In this document: in pieces, positions 39,756 to 51,360 of the stretch | Layout: the number at the start of each line of letters is the position of its first letter | How positions within the stretch are numbered: the stretch's first letter is position 1 | Assembly (NCBI GenBank): GCA_963708065.1 | Contig: CAVPRZ010000011.1 | Location: 5,195-69,194, forward strand | Reading direction: 5' to 3' | Origin: an uncultured Chloroflexia bacterium | GTDB lineage: Bacteria > Chloroflexota > Limnocylindria > Limnocylindrales > CSP1-4 | DNA length: 64,000 nt | Made by a program: the position numbers and the translations under genes | Notes under the pieces: model-generated | Databases searched by the model: none | What the model saw: only the letters and a program-made list of their open reading frames with translations | Told to the model about the DNA's origin: nothing

Positions 39756-40810
39756 CGGGGCGGGCCCGGAGCGGGCCGGGCCGGCGTCGCGACCCCGACC
39801 TCCGCCGGTACCTCGGGTTCGACCAGGCCTCGGGCGACCTCGGCGACCTCGCCGGCGCTCCGGTTCCAGCCGAGACGGAGGACGGCGATCGCCCCGCCGA
39901 CCGAGGTCAGGATGAGGATCGAGACGTGGATGAGGAAGCCGAGCGCAAACGCCTGGTCGCTCGGCAGCCCCAGGGCGCGCCCGATCGTGACGAACGCAAG
40001 CTCGAACGTGCCCAGGTACCCGGGCGCGGAGGGGATCGCGGTCGCGAGGGCGACGCCCGACGCGAGAAGCGCGGCCTCGCCGATCGTGAGCTCCAGCCCG
40101 ATCGACTGGCCGGCCGCCGCGACCGCGAGGAGGCTCGCGCCCCAGGCCGCCACGCTCAGGGCGATCGCCCCGCCGAGGGTCCACGGGCGGCGGGCGACGG
40201 CCAGGCCGTCCTGGAGCCGCCGGCCGAGCTCGGCGATCCGCGGCCGTCGCTCGGCGAAGGCGATCACCCGGTCGGCCCCGGGCAGCCGGTGGGCGACGAT
40301 CCCGACCGCGAGACCGATCACGAGCAGGCCCGTCACCGCCAGGCCCACGAGCACGGCGCTGGCGACGACGCCCCGGACGTGGAGGACGAGGATCGCGATG
40401 GCCCCGATCGCGACCACGACCCCGGTGTCGACGATCCGCTCGACGACGACCGTCCCGAGGGCCGACGCGCGGCTGATCCCCTCGCGGTCCCCGAGGTAGT
40501 GGCTCCGGACGAGCTCGCCCAGCCGCGCCGGCAGGATGTTGTTGGCCAGGTACCCGACGAGCAGGTAGGCCAGCATCGGGAGGAAGCGGACCCAGCGGAT
40601 GGGGGCGACCAGGCGCTGCCAGCGGACCGCCCGGAGGAGGATGTCGGCCACCTGGAGGGCGACCATCAGGGCCAGCCAGGCCGGGACGGCCGTCCGCAGG
40701 ATGTCCGCCGTCTGGGCCAGGTCGACGCCGGCCAGGACGTAGGCCAGCGAGGCGACCGAGATCGCGATTCCGATGACGGCTCGGGCGAGGCCGCCGACGT
40801 CGCGGGTCAC
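39752..40810 (-). CDS. Flippase-like membrane protein (lysylphosphatidylglycerol-synthase TM region / UPF0104 family)
   Basis: 352 aa, about 8 TM segments, with RWQRLV and NNILPARLGELVR motifs. Confidence 0.65.
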   Translation of the reverse strand: MTRDVGGLARAVIGIAISVASLAYVLAGVDLAQTADILRTAVPAWLALMVALQVADILLRAVRWQRLVAPIRWVRFLPMLAYLLVGYLANNILPARLGELVRSHYLGDREGISRASALGTVVVERIVDTGVVVAIGAIAILVLHVRGVVASAVLVGLAVTGLLVIGLAVGIVAHRLPGADRVIAFAERRPRIAELGRRLQDGLAVARRPWTLGGAIALSVAAWGASLLAVAAAGQSIGLELTIGEAALLASGVALATAIPSAPGYLGTFELAFVTIGRALGLPSDQAFALGFLIHVSILILTSVGGAIAVLRLGWNRSAGEVAEVARGLVEPEVPAEVGVATPARPAPGPPR

Positions 40811-40819
40811 GTCCGGACC

Positions 40820-41653
40820 TCAGGCCGCGGGACGCCGGGTGCTCAGCTTGGGCGAGCGTCGGAGTCGGCTGCGGTGGAGGAGGAAGCGGGCGACGACCCG
40901 GAGCGTGGCCAGGCCGTAGACGATGCTCCGGCGGAGGCCGACCGAGCTGGCCTCCTCGAAGTAGCGGGTCGGCACGGCGATCTCGCCGATGGGCAGGCCG
41001 CCGGCCGCCACGACCTGGGCGATGAGCTCCTGGTCGAACACGAAGTCGTCGCTGTTGAGGGTGTACGGGATGGTCTCGAGGAGGCGCCGGCTGTAGGCCC
41101 GCAGCCCCGTGTGGTACTCGCTCAGGTGGAGGCCGAAGGCGACGTTCTCGACGGTCGTGAGGAACCGGTTGCTGACGTACTTCCAGCGGGGCATCCCGCC
41201 GGCGATCGGGTCGCCGAGGAAGCGGCTGCCGAGCATGAGGTCCTTCTCGCCGCGCCCGATCGGCGCGATGAGATCGGGGATCCGGGTCGCGTCGTACTGG
41301 TAGTCGGGATGGAGCATGACCACGACGTCGGCGCCGGCCGCGAGGGCCGCGTCGTAGCAGGTCTTCTGGTTCCCGCCGTAGCCGCGGTTCTGGCGGTGGA
41401 TGATCACGTCGAGCCCGAGCTGCCGGGCGACATCGACGGTGGCGTCGCGGGACACGTCGTCGACGAGGATGATCCGGTCGACCAGGTCGTGGGGGATGTC
41501 CGCGTAGGTCCGTTCCAGGGTCTTCGCCGCGTTGTACGCCGGCATGACCACCACGACCTTCGGACGATCGGCGCCGGAGGCGTTCAGCGGATCCGTGGCG
41601 GCAGCCTCCGACCCCGGTCCGGACGGCGCCTCGGGCGGTTCGGGCAGGGACAT
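40820..41653 (-). CDS. Family 2 glycosyltransferase (polyprenyl-phosphate glycosyltransferase-like)
   Basis: VVMPAYNAAKTL, DDVSRD and a DxD region. ATG at 41653 within ORF 40820..41890. Confidence 0.8.
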   Translation of the reverse strand: MSLPEPPEAPSGPGSEAAATDPLNASGADRPKVVVVMPAYNAAKTLERTYADIPHDLVDRIILVDDVSRDATVDVARQLGLDVIIHRQNRGYGGNQKTCYDAALAAGADVVVMLHPDYQYDATRIPDLIAPIGRGEKDLMLGSRFLGDPIAGGMPRWKYVSNRFLTTVENVAFGLHLSEYHTGLRAYSRRLLETIPYTLNSDDFVFDQELIAQVVAAGGLPIGEIAVPTRYFEEASSVGLRRSIVYGLATLRVVARFLLHRSRLRRSPKLSTRRPAA

Positions 41654-41807
41654 GACCGGAGGATAACCTAGTCGACCCCACCGACCGACCGACCCGGCCG
41701 GGCCCACTGGGACGCGGTCGGCGCCCGGGTCGCGCGGCCGCCGCCCGGATCGCCAGCGCCGCCTCGATGTGGGACGATGCCGCGGAGCCAGCACCGGGAG
41801 AGGGACG

Positions 41808-42410
41808 ATGATCGAGCGCCTGTTCGGCGGCAAGCCGATGGACCCAGCCGTCGCCGCGCGGATCCCGCCCGGCCAGTACAAGACCGACAAGTTCCCGGTC
41901 CTCCACTACGGCTCGGTCCCCCACACCGACCTGGCGAAGTGGGACTTCCGCGTGTTCGGCGCCATCGACAACCCGTTCACCCTGACCTGGGACGAGTTCA
42001 AGGCGCTCCCGCGCAAGCAGGTCGGGACCGACATCCACTGCGTGACCCGCTGGACGAAGCTCGACACGACCTGGGAGGGCGTCCCGATCCAGGAGATCCT
42101 GTCGCGCGCCCAGGTCCGACCCGAGGCGACCCACGTCCTGGCCCACTCCGAGCAGGGCTACACGGCCAACCTGCCGCTCTCCGTGCTCGACGACGACGAC
42201 GTCCTGCTGGCCGACACGTTCGACGGCAAGCCACTCGAGGCCGAGCACGGCTGGCCGCTCCGCCTGCTCGTCCCGAAGCGCTACTTCTGGAAGAGCGCCA
42301 AGTGGATCCGCGGCCTCGAGTTCCTCGACCACGACATCCTCGGCTTCTGGGAACGCTACGGCTACAACAACGACGCCGATCCGTGGAAGGAGGAGCGCTT
42401 CTCCGAGTGA
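41808..42410 (+). CDS. Sulfite-oxidase-family molybdopterin oxidoreductase domain protein
   Basis: HCVTRWTK (Mo-ligand Cys motif), GYTANLPL and GWPLRLLVPKRYFWKSAKW. Confidence 0.75.
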   Translation: MIERLFGGKPMDPAVAARIPPGQYKTDKFPVLHYGSVPHTDLAKWDFRVFGAIDNPFTLTWDEFKALPRKQVGTDIHCVTRWTKLDTTWEGVPIQEILSRAQVRPEATHVLAHSEQGYTANLPLSVLDDDDVLLADTFDGKPLEAEHGWPLRLLVPKRYFWKSAKWIRGLEFLDHDILGFWERYGYNNDADPWKEERFSE

Positions 42411-42444
42411 TCAGGCCCGCGAGGAGGCCCCGCGGCCCGAACGC

Positions 42445-43545
42445 TCAGGCCGTCGAGCGGCCGATGGCCGAGCCGAGCCGCCGGGTGACCCGGCCGAGGG
42501 CGTAGCGGGCGGGGCTCAGGACGCGTTCGTGGGCCCCGCTGAGCTCGATCCAGCGGGCCCCGAACGACTCCTTGAACGTCAGCATCCCGTACGCGGGCTC
42601 GCCCGGCTCCGGCCGGCGCCGGGCCCCGGGCACGTCCACCCCGCCGAGGTCCAGCTCGGTCCGACCCTCGGCCACGGCCCGCTTGAGGGCCTCCCAGACG
42701 AGCAGCCGGACGGCGCCGGGGTACGCCTTCCGGAAGCGCGGGTCGTCGGCGGCGCTGGCGTACGTCCAGCGCCGACCGTGCCGCTGGAAGACCGCCCCCG
42801 CGACGAGCTCGCCGGCCGGGTCGTGGGCACCGAGGTAGGCGATCAGGCCGTCCGCATGGGCGCGCCGCGACCAGTCGAGGAAGCGCTCGCGCGAGGCAAG
42901 GCCGAAGCCGCGCCGCTGGGCGGTCACCTCCATCAGCCCGTACAGCGCGGTCAGCTCGGACACCAGGTCCACCGTCCCCTCGCCGACCGGCCCGGCCGGA
43001 CCCACGGCGCCGGCCGGCTCGACCTCGACGACCCGCAGATCGCTCCGCTCGGCGGCCCGGACCATGTTCCGCGTCGTCGCGCTGAAGCCGGCCAGGAGGG
43101 CCGACGGATCGCTCGTGCCCGACAGGTCGACGGCCAGCCGGTGGCGTGACGGCTGGATCTCCTCGATCCGGTGGTATCCGGCTGCAGCCAGGAGGTCCGG
43201 GTAGCCGGACGCCGCGGGAACCTCGCTGTCCGACGAGACCACCGAGGCGCCGCGCTCCGCGAACCAGGCCGTGACGGCTTCGAGGCGGGCGAGGACGGCC
43301 CCCGGGTCCGGGTCCGGCAGCGGTCCGCGCGAGACGTAGACGCCGTCGCTCCCGATGAGCGGCCAGGGTCGCGCCAGGGCGAGGATCCGCGCCCCGTCGT
43401 CGGCCACCAGGAACGCCGGCCGCCAGCCGAACGCCGCGCGGTAGGCCGCCCATGCCCGGGATTGCTGGACGTTGCCTTCGGGCGAGCGGACGGTCAGCTC
43501 GTCCCAGTCCTCCAGCTCGGCGGGCGACGCCTCGCGGACGCGCAC
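42445..43545 (-). CDS. FemAB-family (aminoacyl-tRNA-dependent peptidoglycan/lipid II transferase-like) protein
   Basis: 366 aa with the two-GNAT-lobe pattern and the terminal GMLTFKESFGA motif. Confidence 0.65.
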   Translation of the reverse strand: MRVREASPAELEDWDELTVRSPEGNVQQSRAWAAYRAAFGWRPAFLVADDGARILALARPWPLIGSDGVYVSRGPLPDPDPGAVLARLEAVTAWFAERGASVVSSDSEVPAASGYPDLLAAAGYHRIEEIQPSRHRLAVDLSGTSDPSALLAGFSATTRNMVRAAERSDLRVVEVEPAGAVGPAGPVGEGTVDLVSELTALYGLMEVTAQRRGFGLASRERFLDWSRRAHADGLIAYLGAHDPAGELVAGAVFQRHGRRWTYASAADDPRFRKAYPGAVRLLVWEALKRAVAEGRTELDLGGVDVPGARRRPEPGEPAYGMLTFKESFGARWIELSGAHERVLSPARYALGRVTRRLGSAIGRSTA

Positions 43546-43547
43546 GA

Positions 43548-44330
43548 TCAGTTGCGGCGGAGCGCGGACTGGCGCGGATCGACGCTGAAGTTGCGCAGGC
43601 GCCGCTCCAGGAGGACGACCTCGCGGTCGATCAGCCGGAGCAGCTCGCGGAGGCGGGCCTCGGTCGTCGGAGCCTCGAGCAGCTCTTGGCGCTTGGGCTG
43701 GTCGACCTGGATGATCCCCGACAGGAGGTACGACAGGACCGTCGGGTCATCCGGGATCGCGGCCCGCCGGGCCGCAACGTCGAGCTCGTCGCCGACGGTG
43801 TCCCGCTCGCCGCCGCGGCCGGGCCGATCGGTCGGGGCAGACTCCGCGTCGGGGACGTCCTCGAGGTCGACCTCGACCTGGACGTCCAGCTCGTCCGCGT
43901 CCTCGCCCTCGGCCGGCTGGACGAGCGCCAGGTAGCGGACGAAGCGCTGGGTCACCCGATCGGTCAGGGCCCGGGCGGCGTCGGCGTCGCCGACGGCGTC
44001 CTCGATCTCCTCGACCTCCCCGAGCAGGTACGGCTCGCGACCCACCGTGACCGACTCGATCCGGAACCGGTTCGCGCCGACCACGAGGAGCTCGTAGCGC
44101 CCGTCCGAGAACTTGCCGGCCTCCCGGATCTCGGCGATCGTCCCGACCGTCGCGATGCTCGTCGGACCGCCGCCGACCTCGCGCCCGTCACGGATCAGGA
44201 CCACCCCGAATGGCCGACCCTCGTCCAGGCAGCGCGCGACCATCGCCCGGTAGCGCTCCTCGAAGATGTGGAGCGGCAGCGCCACCCCCGGGCAGAGGAC
44301 GGTGTGGAGTGGGAAGAGCGGCAGCTCCAT
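43548..44330 (-). CDS. Lon N-terminal (LON substrate-binding) domain protein
   Basis: LPLFPLHTVLCPGVALPLHIFEERYR..GTIAEI..DGRYEL. Confidence 0.75.
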   Translation of the reverse strand: MELPLFPLHTVLCPGVALPLHIFEERYRAMVARCLDEGRPFGVVLIRDGREVGGGPTSIATVGTIAEIREAGKFSDGRYELLVVGANRFRIESVTVGREPYLLGEVEEIEDAVGDADAARALTDRVTQRFVRYLALVQPAEGEDADELDVQVEVDLEDVPDAESAPTDRPGRGGERDTVGDELDVAARRAAIPDDPTVLSYLLSGIIQVDQPKRQELLEAPTTEARLRELLRLIDREVVLLERRLRNFSVDPRQSALRRN

Positions 44331-44383
44331 GGACCGGAGTTTACGGCGCGCCCGAGGCGGCCCGGTCGCGCGATCCCGGAATC

Positions 44384-44413
44384 ACGAAGCCGCCGGGGGA
44401 CCGGCGGCTTCGT
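44384..44413 (-). terminator. Strong hairpin downstream of erpA (no clear U-tract)
   Basis: Perfect 13-bp stem ACGAAGCCGCCGG / CCGGCGGCTTCGT with a 4-nt loop, 19 nt past the erpA stop. Confidence 0.5.
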
Positions 44414-44431
44414 TGAGGAGGAGCGGCGGGT

Positions 44432-44812
44432 CTAGTGGGCGCAGCTCCGGGGGCTGCCCGCGTCGTCCGCGGTCCGGAAGCTCGAGCCGCAGCCGCAGGC
44501 GGCGACGGCGTTCGGGTTGTTCACGGTGAAGCCGGCGCCCATCAGCGTGTCGACGTAGTCGATCTCGGCGCCCTTGAGCAGGTCGACGCTCTTGCCGTCG
44601 ACGTACACGGTCACGCCGTTCGCCTGGAGGACGCAATCCTCCTCGGTCGGGGCGTCCTCGATCATCATCCCGTACTTGAAGCCCGAGCAGCCGCCGCTGT
44701 AGACGTAGACCCGCAATCCGACGCTCGGGTTCGTCTCCTCGGCCGTGATCTCGCGGAGCTTCGTGGCCGCAGCGTCGGTCAGGTTCAGGAAGGTCGGCTG
44801 GGTCTCGAGCAT
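44432..44812 (-). CDS. erpA: Iron-sulfur cluster insertion protein (HesB/IscA/ErpA family)
   Basis: GGCSGFKY and the C-terminal CGCGSSF motif. ATG at 44812. Confidence 0.8.
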   Translation of the reverse strand: MLETQPTFLNLTDAAATKLREITAEETNPSVGLRVYVYSGGCSGFKYGMMIEDAPTEEDCVLQANGVTVYVDGKSVDLLKGAEIDYVDTLMGAGFTVNNPNAVAACGCGSSFRTADDAGSPRSCAH

Positions 44813-45002
44813 GCGCTGCGTCCTCCGCACGGGGGCGTTCGGTTGGCGTAGGAGGCCATCGTACGCACCGACCAGAGTTTCGGCAAGCATCACGTCGAAA
44901 TGACGGTCCGGCCGTGGCCCGAAGGTCCCGGCCAGCCCCGACGGCGGTCCCGGATCGGGCCCGGTCCGGACGGTCCGGTGCCATCGAACGGAGACCGGGA
45001 CG

Positions 45003-46232
<1,230 letters not shown>

Positions 46233-46234
46233 CG

Positions 46235-46834
46235 TCAGGGGAGCTGCGTCAGCGCATCCTCGGCGAGCGCTGGATCGGACGACTGGACGAGGTAGAGCGT
46301 GTCCCCGGTGATGTACGAGATCACCGGTCCGGTCTTCGAGCCGGGGAAGGTCGCGGTGGTGACGGACTTGCCGCCGATCGTCGTGTTGGCGAGCGTCACG
46401 CCGGGGTCGACCGACTTGGCGACGGTCTCGACCTGGGCCTGGATCGCCGACGACGAGACGCCGTTGAACTCGGCGGCGAGGATCTGGATCTTGCCGTCGG
46501 TATCGGCGGCGGCGGCCACCCCGACCTGCGCCGGCGACACCCCGAGACCGGCACTCATCAGAGTCAGCAGGTTGGTCGTCTGGTTCCCCGTCGTGTACTG
46601 CTGGAGGACATTGATCGAGCCCGTCTGGAGCGTGACGCCACCGACGCTCGTGGGAAGCGTCGCTTCGAGCTTGGCGCTCTTGGCGAAGTCGGCACCGCTG
46701 CCGCCCGGGGCGATGCTGATGCCCGGACCCGCGCTCGACGGCGCTGTCGTCGGCGTCGACGAGCCGCCACAGGCGGTGACGAGGACGGCGAGGGTCGCGA
46801 CCAGCGCGAGGCCGACTCGCCGCCCGGCGGTCAC
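46235..46834 (-). CDS. Lipoprotein, paralog 1 of a tandem triad
   Basis: Lipobox LVTAC. C-terminal [26 protein letters not shown] start overlaps the upstream stop. Confidence 0.65.
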   Translation of the reverse strand: MTAGRRVGLALVATLAVLVTACGGSSTPTTAPSSAGPGISIAPGGSGADFAKSAKLEATLPTSVGGVTLQTGSINVLQQYTTGNQTTNLLTLMSAGLGVSPAQVGVAAAADTDGKIQILAAEFNGVSSSAIQAQVETVAKSVDPGVTLANTTIGGKSVTTATFPGSKTGPVISYITGDTLYLVQSSDPALAEDALTQLP

Positions 46835-47508
46835 GGCATCTCCTGGAGGAGCGGCGCCGCCGCCGCGTCGTCGGCTGCCGTCACGATGAAGAGCCCATCA
46901 CCCTTGAAATAGGCGTACGTCTTCGTGTCGTTGCCGGGCGTCGTCCCGATGTAGACGTTCTTGCCCCCGACGTTGCCGGTCGTGTAGGTCGTGTCGCTCT
47001 GGTCCTTGGCGGCCTGGATGAACACGTCACTGAAGCGGCCCGGGTCGGCACCCTTGATCTGGAACACCACGGCCACCTCGCTGCAACCACTGCTGGGCGC
47101 CCCGGTTGCGAGGGCGAAAGCGACGTCCTTCGGGCTCTTCCCGAGCTTGGCCAGCGTGTCGCTGAAGGTCTGGTCGGTCACGCCCGCGAACCGCTCGCCG
47201 CTCATGCTCGCCTTGGTGGCCGTCTTGCCGCACAGCTTGTCCGGCAACAGCGCCTCGAGGCCCTTGTCGTCGCTCGGCAGCACGAAGCTCGGGATCTCGA
47301 TCGACGGGGCCGCGCTCGGGGCGCTGCTCTCTGCGGCCGTCGATGCAGCCTCGGACGGGGCGGTGGTCGGGGCCGTGGTCGGGGCGCTGCTCGCCCCCTC
47401 CGCGGAGGATGGCGCCGCGCTGCCCGATGAGCTCGAGCAGGCGGTCGCGAGCAGGGCGACCAGGGCCGCGAGCGTGACGCTCCAGGACAGGGTTCGTCGA
47501 GTCATCAT
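46831..47508 (-). CDS. Lipoprotein, paralog 2
   Basis: Lipobox LATAC, GGGAGG RBS, C-terminal [23 protein letters not shown]. Confidence 0.65.
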   Translation of the reverse strand: MMTRRTLSWSVTLAALVALLATACSSSSGSAAPSSAEGASSAPTTAPTTAPSEAASTAAESSAPSAAPSIEIPSFVLPSDDKGLEALLPDKLCGKTATKASMSGERFAGVTDQTFSDTLAKLGKSPKDVAFALATGAPSSGCSEVAVVFQIKGADPGRFSDVFIQAAKDQSDTTYTTGNVGGKNVYIGTTPGNDTKTYAYFKGDGLFIVTAADDAAAAPLLQEMP

Positions 47509-47583
47509 GAGCCTCCCCGAAGACGCCGACCACACTCCGTCGGACGCGTCTGGGCGCATCGTACGCCGCGTCGCGGTCGGCCG

Positions 47584-48324
47584 TCAGGGAGTCGGCAGCT
47601 GCGCCAGGGCCGCCGAGACGAGCGCCGGGTCGTCGGCACCGATCAGGAAGATGGTGTCGCCCTTGACGTAGGCCCGGGTCGTCGCGCCGACGTCCCGGCT
47701 CCGGTCGACCAGCTTGGTCAGGCGGCGCCCGTCGACGGTCTCGTTCGAGACCGTGATGTTGCCCGGGTTGGAGGCCTGGTTCGACGAGACCCACTCGGAG
47801 AGCAGCTGGGCCGGCTTCGCCCCGGCCACCCGGAACGCGCCGATCTCGAGAACCGTCCGCCCGGACGGGTCGCCGGCGTCGGCCACGGACAGGTCGGCGA
47901 CGGTCTTGCCGAGGGCGGTGAGCATCGCGTTGAGCTGGCTCTGCGTGTCAGTGGTGCCGAGCGCGTAGAAGTCAGCCCCGCTGAGGCTGAGTCGCTCGAG
48001 CTGGACGTCGCCGACCTTGGCCGGGAGGAGCGCCTCGAGCTCGGGCGCCGCGTGCGATTCGACCGACGGCGCGGGCGAGTCCGACACGGCAGTCGGCGAG
48101 GACTCGCCCGGGAGCGGGGAGCCCGTTGGCGCAGCCGAGTCCATGGGCGTCGGGCTGGCCGGGGCCGACGCGGTCGGGGCGACGGTCGAGGGCGCCGAGA
48201 CCTGGGCGGCGCCCGAGCCGCCACAGGCGGCGAGCAGCGACACGGCGACGAGGAGGACGACTCCGGCGATGGACGCACGGACGGCGAGCGGCCGTCGCCG
48301 GATGGAAGGAGTTCGGGGGATCAC
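47584..48324 (-). CDS. Lipoprotein, paralog 3
   Basis: Lipobox LLAAC, LEALLPAKVG, C-terminal GDTIFLIGADDPALVSAALAQLPTP. GTG start inferred at 48324. Confidence 0.6.
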   Translation of the reverse strand: MIPRTPSIRRRPLAVRASIAGVVLLVAVSLLAACGGSGAAQVSAPSTVAPTASAPASPTPMDSAAPTGSPLPGESSPTAVSDSPAPSVESHAAPELEALLPAKVGDVQLERLSLSGADFYALGTTDTQSQLNAMLTALGKTVADLSVADAGDPSGRTVLEIGAFRVAGAKPAQLLSEWVSSNQASNPGNITVSNETVDGRRLTKLVDRSRDVGATTRAYVKGDTIFLIGADDPALVSAALAQLPTP

Positions 48325-48413
48325 GGGGTCTCCAGGATTCCGCCGACACGGTGGGCTCTGGCGGGTCGGCGTGCATGATGCGACAGCCCGCCGAAACGCG
48401 CAGCGAAGCGGAC

Positions 48414-49674
48414 TCAGCGCTCGGTCGCGGCCGCCTCCACGAGGGCCGGCGCCGGATCGAAGCGTGGGCCGGCCGAACGCCAGCGCTCGAGCCGCTCCAG
48501 GACGGCCCGGGCACCCCCGAGATCGGCTGCCCACTCGAACGGCCCGCGCGGATGGCCGGCCCCGAGCCGAAGCGCGAGGTCGATGTCCGATCCGCTCGCG
48601 ACGCGGTCGCCGAGCGCCCGGTAGGCCTCGGCGACGATCGCGAGCGTGATCCGCTCGACGACCTCGTCGGACAGGTGGGATTCGACCGCCGTCGAACCCC
48701 CGCTCGGGAGGGCCAGGGGTCGCGGTCCCGGCCGGCCGTCCGGCCCGGTCTCGTCCGGCGCGGCGAAGGCGCCGGCGACCCCGATCTGGCGGCCGTCCTC
48801 GCCGTACCAGTAGAAGCCCTCGCCGGACTTCCGCCCGAACCGGCCGGCTTCGACGAGCCGCTCCTGGATCGCCGACGGGCGGAAGCGCGGCTCGTAGCTC
48901 AGCGCGGCGTAGATCGCCCGGGCGGCGGCCAGGTTGACGTCGATCCCGACCAGGTCCATCAGCTCGAACGGCCCCATCGGGAAGCCGACCGACCGGATCG
49001 CGAGGTCGATCGACTCGACCGAGCCGGACCCCGCCTCCAGCAGCGCGAGCGCCTCCAGGGTGAACGGTCGGTTGACCCGGTTGACGATGAACCCCGGCAC
49101 GTCGGCGGTCCGGACCGCCGTCTTGCCCCAGCCCGTCGCGAGCCCGGTCGCCGTCGCCACGACCCCCGGATCGGCGGCCGGCGGCGCGACCACCTCGACG
49201 AGGGCCATGAGCGGGGCCGGATTGAAGAAGTGGAGCCCGATGACGCGCTCGGGACGGCGCACGGCCGAAGCGATGGCGGCCACCGACAGCGCGCTCGTGT
49301 TCGTGGCCAGGATCGCCGAGGCGTCGGCCGCCGCGTCGAGCCGGGCGAAGACGGAGCGCTTGACGGCGAGGTCCTCGATCACCGCCTCGATGACGACGCC
49401 GGCCGACCGGGCGACCGTCTCGAGGTCCGGCGCGATCTCGAGCCGGTCGAGCACCGCGGCGACCGTCGGCGCATCGACCCGCCCGGCCTCGGTGATCCGC
49501 CGACGCGCCCGTCGGGCCAGCCCATCGGCGATCCGATCGCGGGCCCGCATCGACGGCACCCGGCTCGGGGTCGTGGATGAGGACGTGCTCGCCGGCCTCG
49601 AGGGCCACCTGGGCGATCCCGGCGCCCATGGTCCCGGCACCGACGACGCCGATCGAGGTCCGAGCGTCGGGCAT
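48414..49674 (-). pseudogene. paaH: 3-hydroxyadipyl-CoA (3-hydroxyacyl-CoA) dehydrogenase, one frame change near the N-terminus
   Basis: The N-terminus IGVVGAGTMGAGIAQVA is in the frame of ORF 47584..50154. The rest is in ORF 48414..49640 (HFFNPAP, PGFIVNR, GFPMGPFELMDLVGIDV). The C-terminal repeat domain matches E. coli PaaH as I recall it. Confidence 0.75.
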
Positions 49675-49733
49675 CCGGCTCACCGGCGGATTGTAGGCGG
49701 TGACCTGCGTCGCACCGGGCGGCGTCGTGGCCG

Positions 49734-50230
49734 TCAGACCGTCTTGATCGCCTCGAACGGCTGGCGGCAGTCGGGGCACCAGCGGATCGTCCGGCACAGG
49801 GTCGGCCCGAACGCGTTCTCGAGCCGGGTCCGACTCGAGCCACAGAACGGGCACGGGACGACCGCGTCCAGGCTGATCAGCCCGCCCGGGCCGGCCGGCA
49901 CCGGCGGGGCGATGCCGGCGGCGGCCAGCTTCGTTCGGCCGGCAGGGCTGATCCGATCGCTCGTCCAGGGCGGATCGAACACGAGATCGACCCGGCTGGC
50001 CGTTCCGGGCGCCAGCGCCGCCAACCGCTCGGCCACGGCCGACCGGATGAGCTCCGTCGCCGGGCAGCCGACGAACGTCGGATGGAGCTCGACCCGGACG
50101 CGCCCGGGCGCGACGTCGACCTCGCCCGAGGATCCCGAGCTCGTCGATCGTCACGACCGGGAGCTCCGGGTCGGGCAGGCCGGCCAGGGCCTCCCGGACC
50201 CTCTCCGGTCCGGGAGGCGGCGCCGGTCAC
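49734..50230 (-). pseudogene. paaD: Phenylacetate-CoA oxygenase subunit PaaD (frameshifted)
   Basis: The C-terminus DPPWTSDRIS..CPFCGS..CPDCRQPFE is in ORF 49734..50036. The N-terminus ERVREALAGLPDPELPVVTIDELGILG is in another frame (manual translation). Confidence 0.75.
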
Positions 50231-50243
50231 CCGGCTGCCGTCC

Positions 50244-51029
50244 TCACCAGGTCGCCGCCGGGTCGATCCGGCGGACGGCGGTGAACTGGTCGTGGAGCTG
50301 GCGGAAGGCCTCGGAGTGCCCGCTGCGCGCGGTCTCCGGTGAGCGCGTCGGGGGCACGGCCGGCAGGGCGAGCCGCTCGAATGTCGGCGCGATCGACGCT
50401 CGCCAGCGGGCCTCGAGCTCGACCATCGGGGCGGCGCATGATGTCCGCCATCAGGAGGGCCGTCTCGGTCGGCAGCGGCGTGAGGACCGTCCCGGCATCC
50501 GGACCGAGCCGGTCGAGCGCGGCGACCAGCCGGTCGCGCGGCCTCGCCACCGGCCTCGGCGAGCCGCTCGAGCCAGGCGCCGGCGTGCAGGAGGTGGTAG
50601 CGCTCCTCGCGCCGGATCTTGCCGACGAGCCCGGCGAGCGGCGCGAACGACGATCGCTCGAGCGCCTCGAGACGGACGTCGTCGGCGGTGTCGTAGAGGT
50701 AGCGCCGGGCGATCGTCTGGGCCCAGTCGCCGCGCGGGTGGTCGAGCAGGCGAGCGTGGTAGTAGCCCTCCGGCGGGCGGTCGTAGGCGATCGCGTCGGC
50801 GTCGCGCCCGTCGGCGACGACGTCGGCCAGCAGCTCGTAGAGCGCCCGGGCATGGCCCAGCTCGTCCTGGGCGAGCGAGCTGATCGCCACGTCCTCCTCG
50901 AGGATCGGCGCGATCCCGGTCCACTCGGAGTCGCTGAAGCCGATGACGAACTCGTCGTCGGCCATCGCCAGGAGCAGCAGCCCGAGCGCGTTCCGGGTGG
51001 CCGGCAGGAGGTCGCGCCGCCGAGGTCAC
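50244..51029 (-). pseudogene. paaC: Phenylacetate-CoA oxygenase subunit PaaC (several frame changes)
   Basis: ADDEFVIGFSDSEWTGIAPILEEDVAISSLAQDELGHA is in ORF 49877..50965. The C-terminus HSEAFRQLHDQFTAVRRIDPAATW is in ORF 50244..50426. The GTG start overlaps the paaB stop. Confidence 0.75.
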
Positions 51030-51347
51030 CGGTCCTTCGCCTTCGGCTTCACCGTGCCGGCCTGGTCCCGGGCAGCCTCGAGCTTGTCGCGCATGACGTA
51101 GCCGCCGGGCTTCTTGAACGAGCGGTCGAGCGGCGGCTGGAGCAGGTCGGGGTCCTCGAGGTCGTGGATGTCGGCCCGCCGGACGACCCACAGCCGGATC
51201 GATCTCCTGGCGCCGACCATAGAGCTCGCGCGCGTAGTGCACGGCCAGCGTCGCGTCGGGCGCCATGACGCTCCCGCCGTGGCGCATCGGGTCGCCCTCC
51301 TTCTCCTGGCGGAAGACCTCCCACGGCTCGAGCACCGACTCGGTCAA
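51026..51347 (-). pseudogene. paaB: Phenylacetate-CoA oxygenase subunit PaaB (one frame change)
   Basis: EPWEVFRQEKEGDPMRHGGSVMAPD..YARELYGRR is in one frame. IRLWVVRRADIHDL..GGYVMRDK is in ORF 51026..51220. TTG start inferred. Confidence 0.7.
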
Positions 51348-51360
51348 TTGGCGCCCTCGA

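Noticed and set aside
38994-42332. 1112-aa minus-strand ORF
   Set aside because: Only its last 253 codons look like protein. The rest is Arg/Pro/Gly-rich shadow sequence. It overlaps the well-supported flippase-like and GT2 genes in other frames and lies antisense to the Mo-oxidoreductase gene.
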